The position numbers were made by a program, and so were the translations under genes. The notes beneath the pieces were generated by a model. The model worked only from the letters and a program-made list of their open reading frames with translations, was not told the origin of the DNA and did no database searches. Positions 10,295 through 20,602 of a stretch of 64,000 nucleotides of DNA are shown here, piece by piece. Source of the DNA: Candidatus Sericytochromatia bacterium (lineage in GTDB: Bacteria; Cyanobacteriota; Sericytochromatia; S15B-MN24; JAQBPE01). The stretch is taken from assembly GCA_040400605.1 (NCBI GenBank), contig JBBAPZ010000004.1:144821-208820 (forward strand), written 5' to 3'. The first letter of the stretch is position 1; each line of letters starts with the position of its first letter.

Positions 10295-11275
10295 TTAAAA
10301 ACCTCCCTGACGTCGTTGCGTGCGCCATTGATCCGCCGCAACCGCCATAATGATCACGATACCAATCACCAATTGCTGCCAAAATGCAGAGACATCAAGT
10401 AAAACCAAGCCATTACGCAAGACCCCGATGATCGTCACCCCGACGATGGTGCCCCCGATACTGGCCTTGCCCCCCATCAACGAGGCACCCCCGATGACAA
10501 CGGCAGCGATCGCATCCAGCTCCATCAAGCCGCCACCGCTCGGTTGCGCCGAGGATAGACGTGCCATCAACATGATGCCCGCCAACCCTGCTAGCGCCCC
10601 GTTGAATGCATAAATTGCCAGTTTGAAGCGGTGAACTGGTATACCGGATAAGCGAGCCGCTTCCTCATTGCTGCCAAGTGCGATCGCCACCCGACCCAGA
10701 CTGGTGCGATTGAGGATCACGGCTCCAAGAACGGCAACCACAACCATCACCAATAAGGGCACCGGGATGGGGCCAACCTGCCCCGCCAAGGCATTGAGCC
10801 CCGGCGGCAAGTCATCGATTGGCATCCCATCTGTCAGCACCAACGCGCCACCACGGGCCATGCTCATCATTCCCAAAGTCGCAATAAATGGACTGATGCG
10901 CAGCAATGTGATCAAAAGCCCGTTGAACAAGCCACTAAGCGCCCCAACCACGATACCACCCATCAAAGCCACTCCCAGCGGCACATGACCTGTCATCAAG
11001 GCCGCAGTACACGCCGACAGCGCCACGACTGAACCCACGGACAAATCAATTCCCGACGTGGCGATGACAATAGTCATACCAACTGCCACGATCCCGTTAA
11101 TGGATATTTGTCGCGCCACATTCATCAAATTGTCGACACTTAAAAAATTTGACGACAAGATGCTGAGTACACCGCACAAGAGCAACAAGCCCCCCAAAGC
11201 GCCAAAACGCTCAAACCACCCACCCGTGCCACGCGACTCGGGAGCCAGGGATTCACTTCGAACAGGGCTACTCAT
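10295..11275 (-). CDS. Sugar ABC transporter permease (RbsC-like)
   Basis: GIDLSVGS, ALGSNEEAARLSGI, ELDAIAAVVIGGASL.GG. Confidence 0.95.
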   Translation of the reverse strand: MSSPVRSESLAPESRGTGGWFERFGALGGLLLLCGVLSILSSNFLSVDNLMNVARQISINGIVAVGMTIVIATSGIDLSVGSVVALSACTAALMTGHVPLGVALMGGIVVGALSGLFNGLLITLLRISPFIATLGMMSMARGGALVLTDGMPIDDLPPGLNALAGQVGPIPVPLLVMVVVAVLGAVILNRTSLGRVAIALGSNEEAARLSGIPVHRFKLAIYAFNGALAGLAGIMLMARLSSAQPSGGGLMELDAIAAVVIGGASLMGGKASIGGTIVGVTIIGVLRNGLVLLDVSAFWQQLVIGIVIIMAVAADQWRTQRRQGGF

Positions 11276-11281
11276 GGCAGG

Positions 11282-12766
11282 TCATTCCTTTGTGGCCAGT
11301 TGCAGGATGGATTCCTGGCTCGCTTCCGAACGCTTCAATTCGCCCATCACACGGCCGTAGCCCATCACCAGAATGCGATCACTCATACCCAACACCTCGG
11401 GCAGATCAGAAGACACCATGACAATCGATTTACCCTGAGCCGTCAGTTGGCGCATCAATGCGTAAATCTCCGCTCTTGCTCCGATATCAATGCCACGCGT
11501 GGGTTCATCAATCAATAGTATGTTTGCATCACACAACAACCATTTAGCCAGCACCACTTTCTGCTGATTACCACCACTCAGATTAACGACCCGCTGTTCG
11601 GCGGACGGGGTTCGAATCGCCAGCCGTTCGATATACTCAGCACTCACTTGTCTTTCCGCTTCCTCCAGCCAGAAGCCGACTGGAAAAAACCGTTTGAGGC
11701 ACGCCATGACCATGTTTTCGCGAATGCGCATGCCAAGGGCCAAGCCTTGATGCTTGCGATCCTCCGTCAAGAATGCCAAACCCGCTTCGACCGCTTGCCG
11801 GGGATTGCGTAGGTCTTTGAATTCTCCGTTGATACGCACCTCACCGGTTGCCGGATCAGCCCTGAAAAGCGCGCGTAACAACTCGGTTCGACCCGATCCC
11901 ACCAACCCGGCGATACCCAAAATCTCACCGCGCCTTAGCGAGAACGACACGCCAAAAAGCACGCCAGGCCGGTTGAGATTGGTCACCTCAAGCGCCAACT
12001 CGTCACGCTCAAGCGGCGTTTGAGGGGGATAGACGTCGCTGAGCTCGCGCCCCACCATCAGGCGAATAAGATCATCCGGTGTCGATTCACCAATCAGCTT
12101 AGTGGCAACACTACAACCGTCCCGCAAAACGGTGACGCGGTCGCCCAACTCGAAAAGTTCCGGCATGCGATGCGATATATACACCAACGCGACACCGCGA
12201 TCCCGCAGCTTCCGCACCGTCGCAAACAAAACCTCGCACTCTTTCTCCGACAAGGCAGCGGTTGGCTCATCCATCGTGAGAATCCGAGCACGTTGGGTGA
12301 GCGCCCTGGCAATTTCGATCATTTGCATCTGCGCCACACTCAGTCCCCGCACCACGCAGTTCGGCGCAACTGAAATCTGCAACTCTTCCAAGATTTGGGC
12401 GGCCTCGCGATTTAATGACCTAAAATCAATCAGGCCGTGCCGGGTTTTTGTGCGACCCAGATAAAGATTCTCCGCCACTGTCAAGTCCGGAACCAGGCTG
12501 AGTTCCTGATAAATCGTCGCGATTCCCAACGCTTGAGCCATCCGAGGTCCCAAGAATTTAACGGGTGCGCCATCCAACACAATGCGGCCGCTATCCGGTT
12601 GGTGCACGCCAGCCAACATTTTCATCAGCGTGGACTTGCCCGCCCCGTTTTCACCGAGCAACACATGAACTTCACCGGCATGCAACTCAAGGTTGACACG
12701 CTCCAAAGCCCGTACCCCGGGAAAGTGCTTGGAAACGGCTTCGAGTGTGATGATGGGTGCTGCCAC
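11282..12766 (-). CDS. Sugar ABC transporter ATP-binding protein (RbsA-like, two ABC domains)
   Basis: GENGAGKS Walker A, MDEPT, LSGGNQQK, IDEPTRGID. Confidence 0.96.
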   Translation of the reverse strand: MAAPIITLEAVSKHFPGVRALERVNLELHAGEVHVLLGENGAGKSTLMKMLAGVHQPDSGRIVLDGAPVKFLGPRMAQALGIATIYQELSLVPDLTVAENLYLGRTKTRHGLIDFRSLNREAAQILEELQISVAPNCVVRGLSVAQMQMIEIARALTQRARILTMDEPTAALSEKECEVLFATVRKLRDRGVALVYISHRMPELFELGDRVTVLRDGCSVATKLIGESTPDDLIRLMVGRELSDVYPPQTPLERDELALEVTNLNRPGVLFGVSFSLRRGEILGIAGLVGSGRTELLRALFRADPATGEVRINGEFKDLRNPRQAVEAGLAFLTEDRKHQGLALGMRIRENMVMACLKRFFPVGFWLEEAERQVSAEYIERLAIRTPSAEQRVVNLSGGNQQKVVLAKWLLCDANILLIDEPTRGIDIGARAEIYALMRQLTAQGKSIVMVSSDLPEVLGMSDRILVMGYGRVMGELKRSEASQESILQLATKE

Positions 12767-13236
12767 GATGCGAACCTTGCAATGTTTCGGATGCGGAGGA
12801 CCGGTTGCGCCAGGAACGTGAAGCTGACTGCATCATCATACCGCGAGTCACGCCCCTTCGGCACCCCACCTGTTGAAACATCACGCGGATCGCCTTTGTA
12901 AGGCATCGCGGTTCGGGGTACGGGACCCATATGCAGTGTTTTCTGGATTTGATGTGAAGTGCGTGCGAATCCGATGGGGATTTCGGTGTCATTGCGCGGT
13001 TGGCTGGCGGCTCTGTACATCCGTTTTTAAAAGCACTTGATTGCTTGGTGCCCGATTATCTGATGGGTAAATCTGGTGACGTGCTTTGCAAGGAAAAAAT
13101 CAATGCCCTTGTTTCATCGAGCGATGATCGTTGCCGACGCACGCCGACAGCGGCACTTCTTGGTGTAGTTTGTTACACTTTGTAGCGTGAGGTCGTGGCG
13201 AGGTTGTCACGCGTCTGATGAAGAGGCACTTCAATC

Positions 13237-13941
13237 GTGTGCGCAGACCGTCCGTTGGTCCTTGTTGCGACATCCGTACCGAGTCAGGCCCGCTTACTAA
13301 TGCGGCTTGTCAACGAGGCAATTGAGTGTGTGTGTGTGGTCGTGACCAGCGGTCATCAGGTGCTGGAATACTCGCTCCAACGGGTTTATGATCTTAGCAT
13401 TTTAAGTGCCGACCTCACTGGTATCGACGGTCACACCGTCTGCCATCGCCTGCGCCAGTTTGCTGGATGGCAGCACGCATCCATCATGATTTACGGCAAC
13501 AGAGGACAGTCCGAACTGAAGTACCGCTCATTTTATGTCGGCGCCACCGAATATATGGAGTGGCCGTTTGACTCCCTTGAGTTTGTGTGGCGTGTACGCG
13601 TGCAGCTGCGGCACTGCGTGCGTTCAGCAGACGAAACAAAGAGCCTACAATGCCCACCTTACCGTCTGGAAGTATCCACGCGTCTGATTTACGTGGCAGA
13701 CCGCGCCATTACCCTGACACCATCCGAGTTCAACCTCGCTTGGGTGCTGATCAGCCGTTTCAATCAATGGGTAACGACGGAGCACTTGCTGCTTGACGCG
13801 TTAAAGCGTCCTCGTGATGCACGGTCGCTGGCTTTGCTGCACACGCACATTCGCAATCTGCGCAAAAAATTGGAGACAGATCCCCATCAACCCCAGATTC
13901 TGCTTGCTACCAACGGTGCCTACCAATGGCGCACCGTCTGA
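13237..13941 (+). CDS. Atypical OmpR-family regulator with a pseudo-receiver domain
   Basis: The winged helix is clear (LTPSEF, HTHIRNLRKKLE.DP, GAYQW). The receiver lacks the acidic pocket, the phospho-Asp (ILSADL) and the Lys (YMEWPF). Confidence 0.85.
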   Translation: MCADRPLVLVATSVPSQARLLMRLVNEAIECVCVVVTSGHQVLEYSLQRVYDLSILSADLTGIDGHTVCHRLRQFAGWQHASIMIYGNRGQSELKYRSFYVGATEYMEWPFDSLEFVWRVRVQLRHCVRSADETKSLQCPPYRLEVSTRLIYVADRAITLTPSEFNLAWVLISRFNQWVTTEHLLLDALKRPRDARSLALLHTHIRNLRKKLETDPHQPQILLATNGAYQWRTV

Positions 13942-13942
13942 C

Positions 13943-14170
13943 TCATACCATCGCAGGCTCCCATAATCGCAGCGCATAACGTTTGATGCACTGGGCGTCT
14001 GGCACACGCTCCGTTTCAATGGCCGTACAGATGTACTTGCCTTCAAGCCCCTCGCTGATGCGCGCACGCTGTGCACCTAGCAAATTGCCTACATTCAGCT
14101 GTGGATCCTCATCCACCTCCTGAACCAAACCATCCGAAAATACCAGTAAATACCGCCACGCTTTCAGCAT
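13943..14170 (-). CDS. Small hypothetical protein (75 aa)
   Basis: AAAGGAG RBS before ATG 14170; abuts the convergent regulator. Confidence 0.6.
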   Translation of the reverse strand: MLKAWRYLLVFSDGLVQEVDEDPQLNVGNLLGAQRARISEGLEGKYICTAIETERVPDAQCIKRYALRLWEPAMV

Positions 14171-14482
14171 GCCAAGCTCCTTTTTTCTCGTCATTATGCT
14201 GCGCGCTGCGGTCCAAACCGACATACAAACAGGAGACGCCAAGACGCGTTTGCCGACATTCGGCCCCTAATTGTCTTTACTCCCGAAGACCACTCGACAT
14301 CGTTGCGGTTGCCCGAACGTAAACGCCGGGTGTCCGGCTGAGGCGCTTGCAAGGATGAATGATTGTCTCCGAGGGTAAGAATTGGTATCCGTGATTGTTG
14401 TCAAGGTCGCGATGCAGCAACTGAAGAGCATCGGAATGGGATGCAATATCGCGTCTGGGTTTTGGGGATAGAACGGTTACTG

Positions 14483-14578
14483 TACGGCGACGCATCGGTT
14501 GTTGCTCAAAACATTAGACACTGACTTGCTTTTATGCTGACCAACAGCCAAAACTGATCACCAATCCGCACGTTTCTG
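14483..14578 (+). repeat. Dispersed intergenic repeat, family A (internally deleted copy)
   Basis: TACGGCGACGCATCGG...CTCAAAACATTAGACACTGACTTGC...CCAACAGCCAAAACTGATCACCAATC. Confidence 0.75.
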
Positions 14579-14800
14579 TTTAACGGAAAAGGGTCTGAAA
14601 AACCGCTTGGATGTTTTTTGGGGGCACTTCGCCTGCAAGCCGACCCACATGATTTTGTAGGCAGAATGTTTTTGAATAAGAAGACGATGAGTTGGTTTCC
14701 AGGAATTTTCCCCCAGGTTGTTGAATGCGCGTGATTGTGCGGTATAACGAGCGGTCTGAAGCCGCGGTTGCAGGCGCCAGATGCGAAGGACGTCGTGCCG

Positions 14801-16780
14801 TTACACGTCTGAGTAGCTGTCGGAATCCTGACGACTTTCGCTGCCTGGTTCGGTGCGGGCCCACGCCTGGTCGCGCTGCCTGAATCCTTGGGACCACTGG
14901 TCAAACCACACGCCAGGTCCTTTTGGCAAGGTATCGTCATCCAGACGAACGACATCAACGCCGATTTCCGAACTGAGTTGCACGCGCAGGTTTTCACTCA
15001 AGACGGCATCGCGCCCGGTGGTAATAAAAATCGTGTTTAGTCTCCGGCTTTTGCCATATTCGGGTAAAACCTCCAACAACGAGCCGGGTAAGACTTTTAA
15101 ACTCAAAATGAAATCACGGGAATCATAGAATTCTTCAATCTGTTGGGAAATCAGTCGTTCGAGGCCTTCAGACAGACGGGCAGGCCCGGCGCTTTGTTCT
15201 TCGGCGTGGAACAATAAAATCTCAATGTTCTCACCGAACTTTTTTAACAGGTAACTGATCTCGGTAACCAGGCGGGTCGCATTCGAGCCACTGGTACAAA
15301 TCACGTACGTGGGAAGATCCGGTAAATTTTCCATTTTGCGGTACTTGCCCAGCCCCAAGCGCAAGTCTGGCAGTTGCACCATCCGGGTCTCGACCTGTCC
15401 GAGGCGATAAAAAGCCATAAGCAAAAGTACCGCCAAGAACAACTGCAGTCCTAAACCCCTTGCCTCGTGTGCGGTGATAATCAAAACGCCCTGCGCGAAA
15501 ATCAGAAGGATTGCACCCAGTAACGGCGCCCACGGCAGCGTGACGTGGCGAATCTTAAAGGTCCACGTGTTGATGTAGGGCGCTCGTGCGATTTTGACGG
15601 GCTGATGCAAACGCAGCAGAAGCACGCCGGCGCAATAAAAAATCATGACCCCCAAAAACGCAATCCCATAGACCTCACCGAGGCGATCGACACTGCCGGG
15701 AAACGCGACCAACATCACCACACACAGTGCCATAAAGGGTAAAACGGCCAAGGGATAACCTTGCAAAGCCGGTCTCCAGTCTGTCCAACGCTGCAACACC
15801 AGAGCGGGCAAGTTTCCTTGCTTGCCCATGGTGGTGATCAAACCGGTCGCGCCGGCAAAGGCTGTATTGACTGCGGCAAAGAGCGTCAAACACGCATTGG
15901 TGACCAAAAGATACAGCATCGGCGTGCCTCCTTCCAGAACGGCGACACCCGATAAAAACGCGTCTTTATATTTGACGACATCGGCATCCGACAGCAAAAC
16001 AATGCACAACAAGGACGAAATGGGTCCCGTAAAGCTGACGAGTATCACAATGGTTGTATAAATGCGGCGAATCGACAGCCAACGGGGTTCCGCAATCTCC
16101 TCGATAATTTGCGCCGCGGATTCAAAACCCGTAATTCCCAAAAAAGCGGCAGCAAATGCCATGACCACCGCATGGGGAGCCAGTGCACCAAAGCCTTCCG
16201 TCAAACGTTCCCAATGAGCCCCTTGGGTAAAAGCCAGGAACAAACCATACACATCCATGCCAATCAGGGTCACGAAATGAAACGCTGCGATGGCAAAGGT
16301 TAACTTGGTGGATTCGCGCAAGCCAAATACGTTCAGAATCGCGAACCCAACGATCGGAACTGCCGCAACCAATGCGATTTGCCAGTTGCTCCAAACGGTG
16401 TGACCGAGAATGGGCAAGGTGCTGAGGTATTTGGCCCCGGACAATGCACTGACCACTGCGGTAGCCAGGTAAGACAATATCGTCATGGAGCCCACAATCA
16501 ACGCGGTGCGACGACCGATGGTCTGCAAGACCATCGTGTAAGCGCCGCCGTTGAGAGGGCTGACTGCGCAACCTTCCTGGTAGGTCAACTTGAACAACCA
16601 CATGGCCGAACAGACAAAGGTAATGAAAAATGGAGCCGCACCGCCAACCAATGGATATAAAATGCCCGTGCTGTAAAAAACGGACGTTCCGATGTCCGCG
16701 CCCACCAAGCCGGCAGCAAGCCACCAGGTCAAAGCGGGTGCGTGCGCAGGGCGGGATTGTTGCAGTTGAGCCGTACTCAC
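14801..16780 (-). CDS. APC-superfamily permease with a C-terminal soluble domain (KimA-like K+/amino-acid transporter)
   Basis: About 12 TM segments with GADIGTSVFY, NGGAY and ITGFESAA, plus a ~190-aa cytoplasmic tail. GTGA overlap with the upstream trkA-like gene. Confidence 0.85.
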   Translation of the reverse strand: MSTAQLQQSRPAHAPALTWWLAAGLVGADIGTSVFYSTGILYPLVGGAAPFFITFVCSAMWLFKLTYQEGCAVSPLNGGAYTMVLQTIGRRTALIVGSMTILSYLATAVVSALSGAKYLSTLPILGHTVWSNWQIALVAAVPIVGFAILNVFGLRESTKLTFAIAAFHFVTLIGMDVYGLFLAFTQGAHWERLTEGFGALAPHAVVMAFAAAFLGITGFESAAQIIEEIAEPRWLSIRRIYTTIVILVSFTGPISSLLCIVLLSDADVVKYKDAFLSGVAVLEGGTPMLYLLVTNACLTLFAAVNTAFAGATGLITTMGKQGNLPALVLQRWTDWRPALQGYPLAVLPFMALCVVMLVAFPGSVDRLGEVYGIAFLGVMIFYCAGVLLLRLHQPVKIARAPYINTWTFKIRHVTLPWAPLLGAILLIFAQGVLIITAHEARGLGLQLFLAVLLLMAFYRLGQVETRMVQLPDLRLGLGKYRKMENLPDLPTYVICTSGSNATRLVTEISYLLKKFGENIEILLFHAEEQSAGPARLSEGLERLISQQIEEFYDSRDFILSLKVLPGSLLEVLPEYGKSRRLNTIFITTGRDAVLSENLRVQLSSEIGVDVVRLDDDTLPKGPGVWFDQWSQGFRQRDQAWARTEPGSESRQDSDSYSDV

Positions 16781-17442
16781 GCCTTGACTCCCACGAGCAC
16801 CGCGCGGAGTTCGGCTTCGTTGCTGCGCAAGGTGATCGCGAAGACCTCATCGGCGGGCAACAGCACCGTGTTCCCATCTGGTACGACGAGTTCGCCCGCG
16901 CGCCAAATGGCAGCAATCAGGGAATCTTTGGGCAGGTCCAGTTTTCGGATGGGTAAACCGACCACTGGTGCGTCTTGTCTGAGATCAACTTCAACGACAG
17001 ACATCCGTTCATGCCATGTGAAGAGGGTCATCGCCTCGTGGGGAATGATTTCATACTCAATGGCACGGGACACCAACGATGTCACACTGATCACCAGGTC
17101 GACTCCCGCCAACCGAAACAACTCTTCATTGCGCGGATCATTGACCCGTGCCAAGGTGCGTCTGACATTGAACAGATACTTGGCCATCTTGCAGATCATG
17201 TAATTGTCCTGGTCCCGCCCAGCGACCGCCACGATGACATCGGCCCGACTGATTCCCGCGCGCAACAGTAACTCCGGATTCGTTGCATCACCCGCAATGA
17301 CTGACACTTCCTCGTACTCTCGATACACCGCCTCGCATACGCGTCGATCCCGTTCAATCAACGCCACTTCGTGCTGCTGTTCAAGCAATGCCCGAATGAG
17401 GTGTAAACCAATTTTGCCGCCACCTGCAATAATAATGAACAT
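16777..17442 (-). CDS. trkA: TrkA-family K+ uptake regulatory subunit (RCK_N + RCK_C)
   Basis: IIIAGGGKIG Rossmann motif, GDAT, DQDN, TLARVNDP and a C-terminal RCK_C domain. Confidence 0.92.
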   Translation of the reverse strand: MFIIIAGGGKIGLHLIRALLEQQHEVALIERDRRVCEAVYREYEEVSVIAGDATNPELLLRAGISRADVIVAVAGRDQDNYMICKMAKYLFNVRRTLARVNDPRNEELFRLAGVDLVISVTSLVSRAIEYEIIPHEAMTLFTWHERMSVVEVDLRQDAPVVGLPIRKLDLPKDSLIAAIWRAGELVVPDGNTVLLPADEVFAITLRSNEAELRAVLVGVKA

Positions 17443-17481
17443 GCAGTCTCCCTGCGCACTTTCTGGTACCCAAAAACCCGG

Positions 17482-17886
17482 TCAAAGCTTCAACTCCAAC
17501 GCACGCTCCAACGCAAGCGTTCCCTCGACAATCGGGCTGATGACCTCGAACCCTTCTTCACGATACAAATTGGCCAGTCGCGGTTCATCCACACGTACGA
17601 CAATGCGCGGCACGTTAAAGATTCGGCGCGCGACATCAGCGGCCATCATATTTGTGCTTTCATCGCGAGCGACCGCTGCGAGCGCGACAGCCCGCTCGAT
17701 GCCGGCACGTTTAAGCACATCATTGTCAATTTCCATGCCCTCGATGGTGCGCCCTTTAAAGTCGCGGGGCAAGTTCAAGTCAAAGTTGCGGCGCTCATGA
17801 TCCACCACGACCACTTCCTGACCCGCTGCGGCCAGTTTGATGGCGAGACTGCCCCCTAGCCGTCCGCATCCGATGATCAATACCAT
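17482..17886 (-). CDS. TrkA-family protein, RCK_N domain only
   Basis: LIIGCGRLG, AGIERA, DESTN, IVVRVDEP; 134 aa with no RCK_C. Confidence 0.9.
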   Translation of the reverse strand: MVLIIGCGRLGGSLAIKLAAAGQEVVVVDHERRNFDLNLPRDFKGRTIEGMEIDNDVLKRAGIERAVALAAVARDESTNMMAADVARRIFNVPRIVVRVDEPRLANLYREEGFEVISPIVEGTLALERALELKL

Positions 17887-17997
17887 TGCGCCTTACCTCT
17901 TCCGCGCCAAGTGCCTGTCAGAACAAACTTCCGCTCACCTGGCCCCAAGTCACACACTATACTCCTGCGCCGCACCGCTAAGCAAGCAATCCCATTT

Positions 17998-19227
17998 CTA
18001 GTTAAGTATGCCAACCATTGCAGCACTCAAGCACGACGCGAGCGCGCCTGCCAACATCGCGCGCGGACCCAAACGTGCGAGATCCCGCCGACGCTCAGGG
18101 GCCATTTGCCCAATGCCGCCGACGTTTTGTGCGACAGACGACACATTCGCAAAACCACACAACGCAAAGGTCGCCAACATCGCGCCACGTTCACCGATCT
18201 TTCCGTCGCGCAAGGCCTCGGACAGTTGGGCATATGACACAAACTCATTCAGAACCAACTTCTGCCCGATTAAATGCCCAACCATCCAAGCATCTGCATA
18301 GGGCACCCCAATCAAAAACGCGAGGGGAAAGAACAACACGCCAAGGATCGCTTCCAGGCTTAGCGCCGTTACACCCACGTAACTTCCAACCCACGCGATG
18401 CCACCATTCACCATCGCGACAAGCGAAATGAACGCCAACAGCATCGCAGCGACCGCCAACGCCAATTGCAGACCGTCTTGCGCCCCCTTTGCCGCCGCTT
18501 CGATCAGCGACGACTCTCGACGCGTCAGTTCAAAGTGAACATGACCCACCGTTTGCGAGGCCTCGGTCTCCGGCACAATCATTTTGGCCATGACCAACCC
18601 GGCGGGCGCTCCCATCAGCGAAGCAGCCAGCAAGTGCGGAGCCCAATTTTCACCCAACATGCCAATGTAGGCTGCCATAACCCCACCCGCGATGGTGGCC
18701 ATGCCACCCGTCATCAGTGCCATCAGTTCCGATCGCGTCATCCCTGAGATGTAAGGTCTGACAAGCAAAGGACCTTCAACCTGCCCCACAAACACACAGG
18801 CCGCGGCAGACAAACTTTCAGCACCGGATACGCCGAGTGTCCTTGCCATCAGCCACGCCATCGCGCCAACCAGGCGCTGAATCAGCCCCAAATGGTACAA
18901 AACCCCAATAACGGCAGCCATAAAAACAATTGTCGGCAAAACCTGAAACGCAAAGATAAAGCCAAAGGACGGCACATCTTCAACCAATTTTCCAAAAACA
19001 AATTGCGACCCAACCTTGGAGAAGTCCAACAAGCGTGTGATACCTCGCCCCAACCACTGAAACAATGCTTGACCGGCACGCGTGTTCAAAATAAAAATTG
19101 CCAAGGTAAATTGCACACCGAGGCCCCATGCCACCAAACGCCAGCGAATCGCTTGGCGATCCACCGATGCGACGTAAGCGATCGCCAAAATGATTGCAAT
19201 CCCGGCAAGGCCTATAAGGTGCTGCAT
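17998..19227 (-). CDS. NupC/CNT-family nucleoside transporter
   Basis: FAFQVLPTIVF, GAESL, FVGQVEGPL, MATIAGGV, KLVLNEFVSY, FALCGFAN. Confidence 0.95.
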   Translation of the reverse strand: MQHLIGLAGIAIILAIAYVASVDRQAIRWRLVAWGLGVQFTLAIFILNTRAGQALFQWLGRGITRLLDFSKVGSQFVFGKLVEDVPSFGFIFAFQVLPTIVFMAAVIGVLYHLGLIQRLVGAMAWLMARTLGVSGAESLSAAACVFVGQVEGPLLVRPYISGMTRSELMALMTGGMATIAGGVMAAYIGMLGENWAPHLLAASLMGAPAGLVMAKMIVPETEASQTVGHVHFELTRRESSLIEAAAKGAQDGLQLALAVAAMLLAFISLVAMVNGGIAWVGSYVGVTALSLEAILGVLFFPLAFLIGVPYADAWMVGHLIGQKLVLNEFVSYAQLSEALRDGKIGERGAMLATFALCGFANVSSVAQNVGGIGQMAPERRRDLARLGPRAMLAGALASCLSAAMVGILN

Positions 19228-19252
19228 ACCAGTTTTAATCCCCTTTGCGGAC

Positions 19253-20497
19253 TCAGCTCAGCAAGCCCGCGATGGTGGCTGTCAAACATGACGCCAAGGC
19301 GCCGCCAAACATCGCACGCAGACCCAGTTGCGCCAGCTCGCTGCGCCGCTCTGGCGCGATGCCGCCGATACAACCGACGTTGATGGCAATCGAGCTAAAA
19401 TTGGCAAAGCCACACAAAGCATAGGTTGCAATGGTCGTGCCCATTGGGGTTAAACTCAAATTCGCCACTTTTCCGCCAATGATTTCAGATAGCCGGGCAT
19501 AGGCGACAAATTCATTTAACACAATTTTTTGTCCAAGCAGCGCCCCAACCGTCTGGACATCCACCCAAGGCACACCCATCAAAAAGACCAAGGGCGCAAA
19601 TGCAAAGCCAAGCAACTTCTCCAACGACAAACCACCCCAGCCCAAAGATGCACCAAACAGCCCGATGCCGGCATTTAACATTGCCAGAAGCGATATGAAT
19701 GCAATCAGCATCGCGCCCACAATGAGCGCCAGGTGTAGGCCATCTTGTGCACCTTTTGCGGCGGCTTCAATCAACGATGACTCTTGACGTTCGATGGTGA
19801 GATCAACCACGCCCGCGGTCTCCGGGAGTGCTGTCTCCGGTAATAGCATTTTTGCCATCACCAAGCCCGCCGGCGCCCCCATGATCGATGCCGCCAGCAA
19901 GTGCGGTGCCCAGTCACTTCCCAGCATTCCGATATACGCCGCCATCACGGAGCCCGCGATGGTTGCCATGCCACTGGTCATAATGGTGTTCAATTCGGAG
20001 CGCGTCATCCCCTGAATGTAAGGTTTAATCAACAAAGGTGCTTCGGATTGACCGACAAAAACCGTACCCACCGCATTCAGACTTTCGGCCCCGGACGTCT
20101 TCATCGTTCGCACCATCAACCGCGCGGTCCATGTCACAACCAACTGCATGATACCGACGTGGTAAGCAATGCCCATCAAGCTGCCCACAAAAATGATGGC
20201 GGGCAGGACCTGAAAACAAAAAATGAACCCAAACCGGTCCATTTTGGTCACGAGGTCGCCAAACACAAAGGTACTGCCCTGTTTCGAAAAATCGAGCAGG
20301 GTGGTTACCGCTGCCCCCATCCATTCGAAGCACTGCCGACCAAAGGGCAGTTTGAGTATGAACAAGGCCAGTAACAACTGGAGGCCCAAGCCCCACAGGA
20401 CCAGTCGCCAGTTGATGTGACGGCGGTCCGTTGAAAAGGTCCACGCGATCGCCAAGATGGCCCCGATACCAAGCAGACCAATCCAGTTTTCAGGCAT
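19253..20497 (-). CDS. NupC/CNT-family nucleoside transporter (paralog)
   Basis: FQVLPAIIF, SGAESL, FVGQSEAPL, MATIAGSV, KIVLNEFVAY, YALCGFANFSS. Confidence 0.95.
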   Translation of the reverse strand: MPENWIGLLGIGAILAIAWTFSTDRRHINWRLVLWGLGLQLLLALFILKLPFGRQCFEWMGAAVTTLLDFSKQGSTFVFGDLVTKMDRFGFIFCFQVLPAIIFVGSLMGIAYHVGIMQLVVTWTARLMVRTMKTSGAESLNAVGTVFVGQSEAPLLIKPYIQGMTRSELNTIMTSGMATIAGSVMAAYIGMLGSDWAPHLLAASIMGAPAGLVMAKMLLPETALPETAGVVDLTIERQESSLIEAAAKGAQDGLHLALIVGAMLIAFISLLAMLNAGIGLFGASLGWGGLSLEKLLGFAFAPLVFLMGVPWVDVQTVGALLGQKIVLNEFVAYARLSEIIGGKVANLSLTPMGTTIATYALCGFANFSSIAINVGCIGGIAPERRSELAQLGLRAMFGGALASCLTATIAGLLS

Positions 20498-20602
20498 AAC
20501 CAACGCTTTCAGGTATCAATCGCGGATATCATGGCTGTATGAACGACACGGGCGTTATTCTAGGTGCAGCGCCGAACAAAAGCAAGCGACCGAACCAGAC
20601 CG

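Noticed and set aside
12767..13236. Riboswitch or ncRNA upstream of the sugar ABC operon (also checked 17887-17997 for a c-di-AMP switch)
   Set aside because: I could not recognise any aptamer consensus by eye; an Infernal/Rfam scan would be needed.
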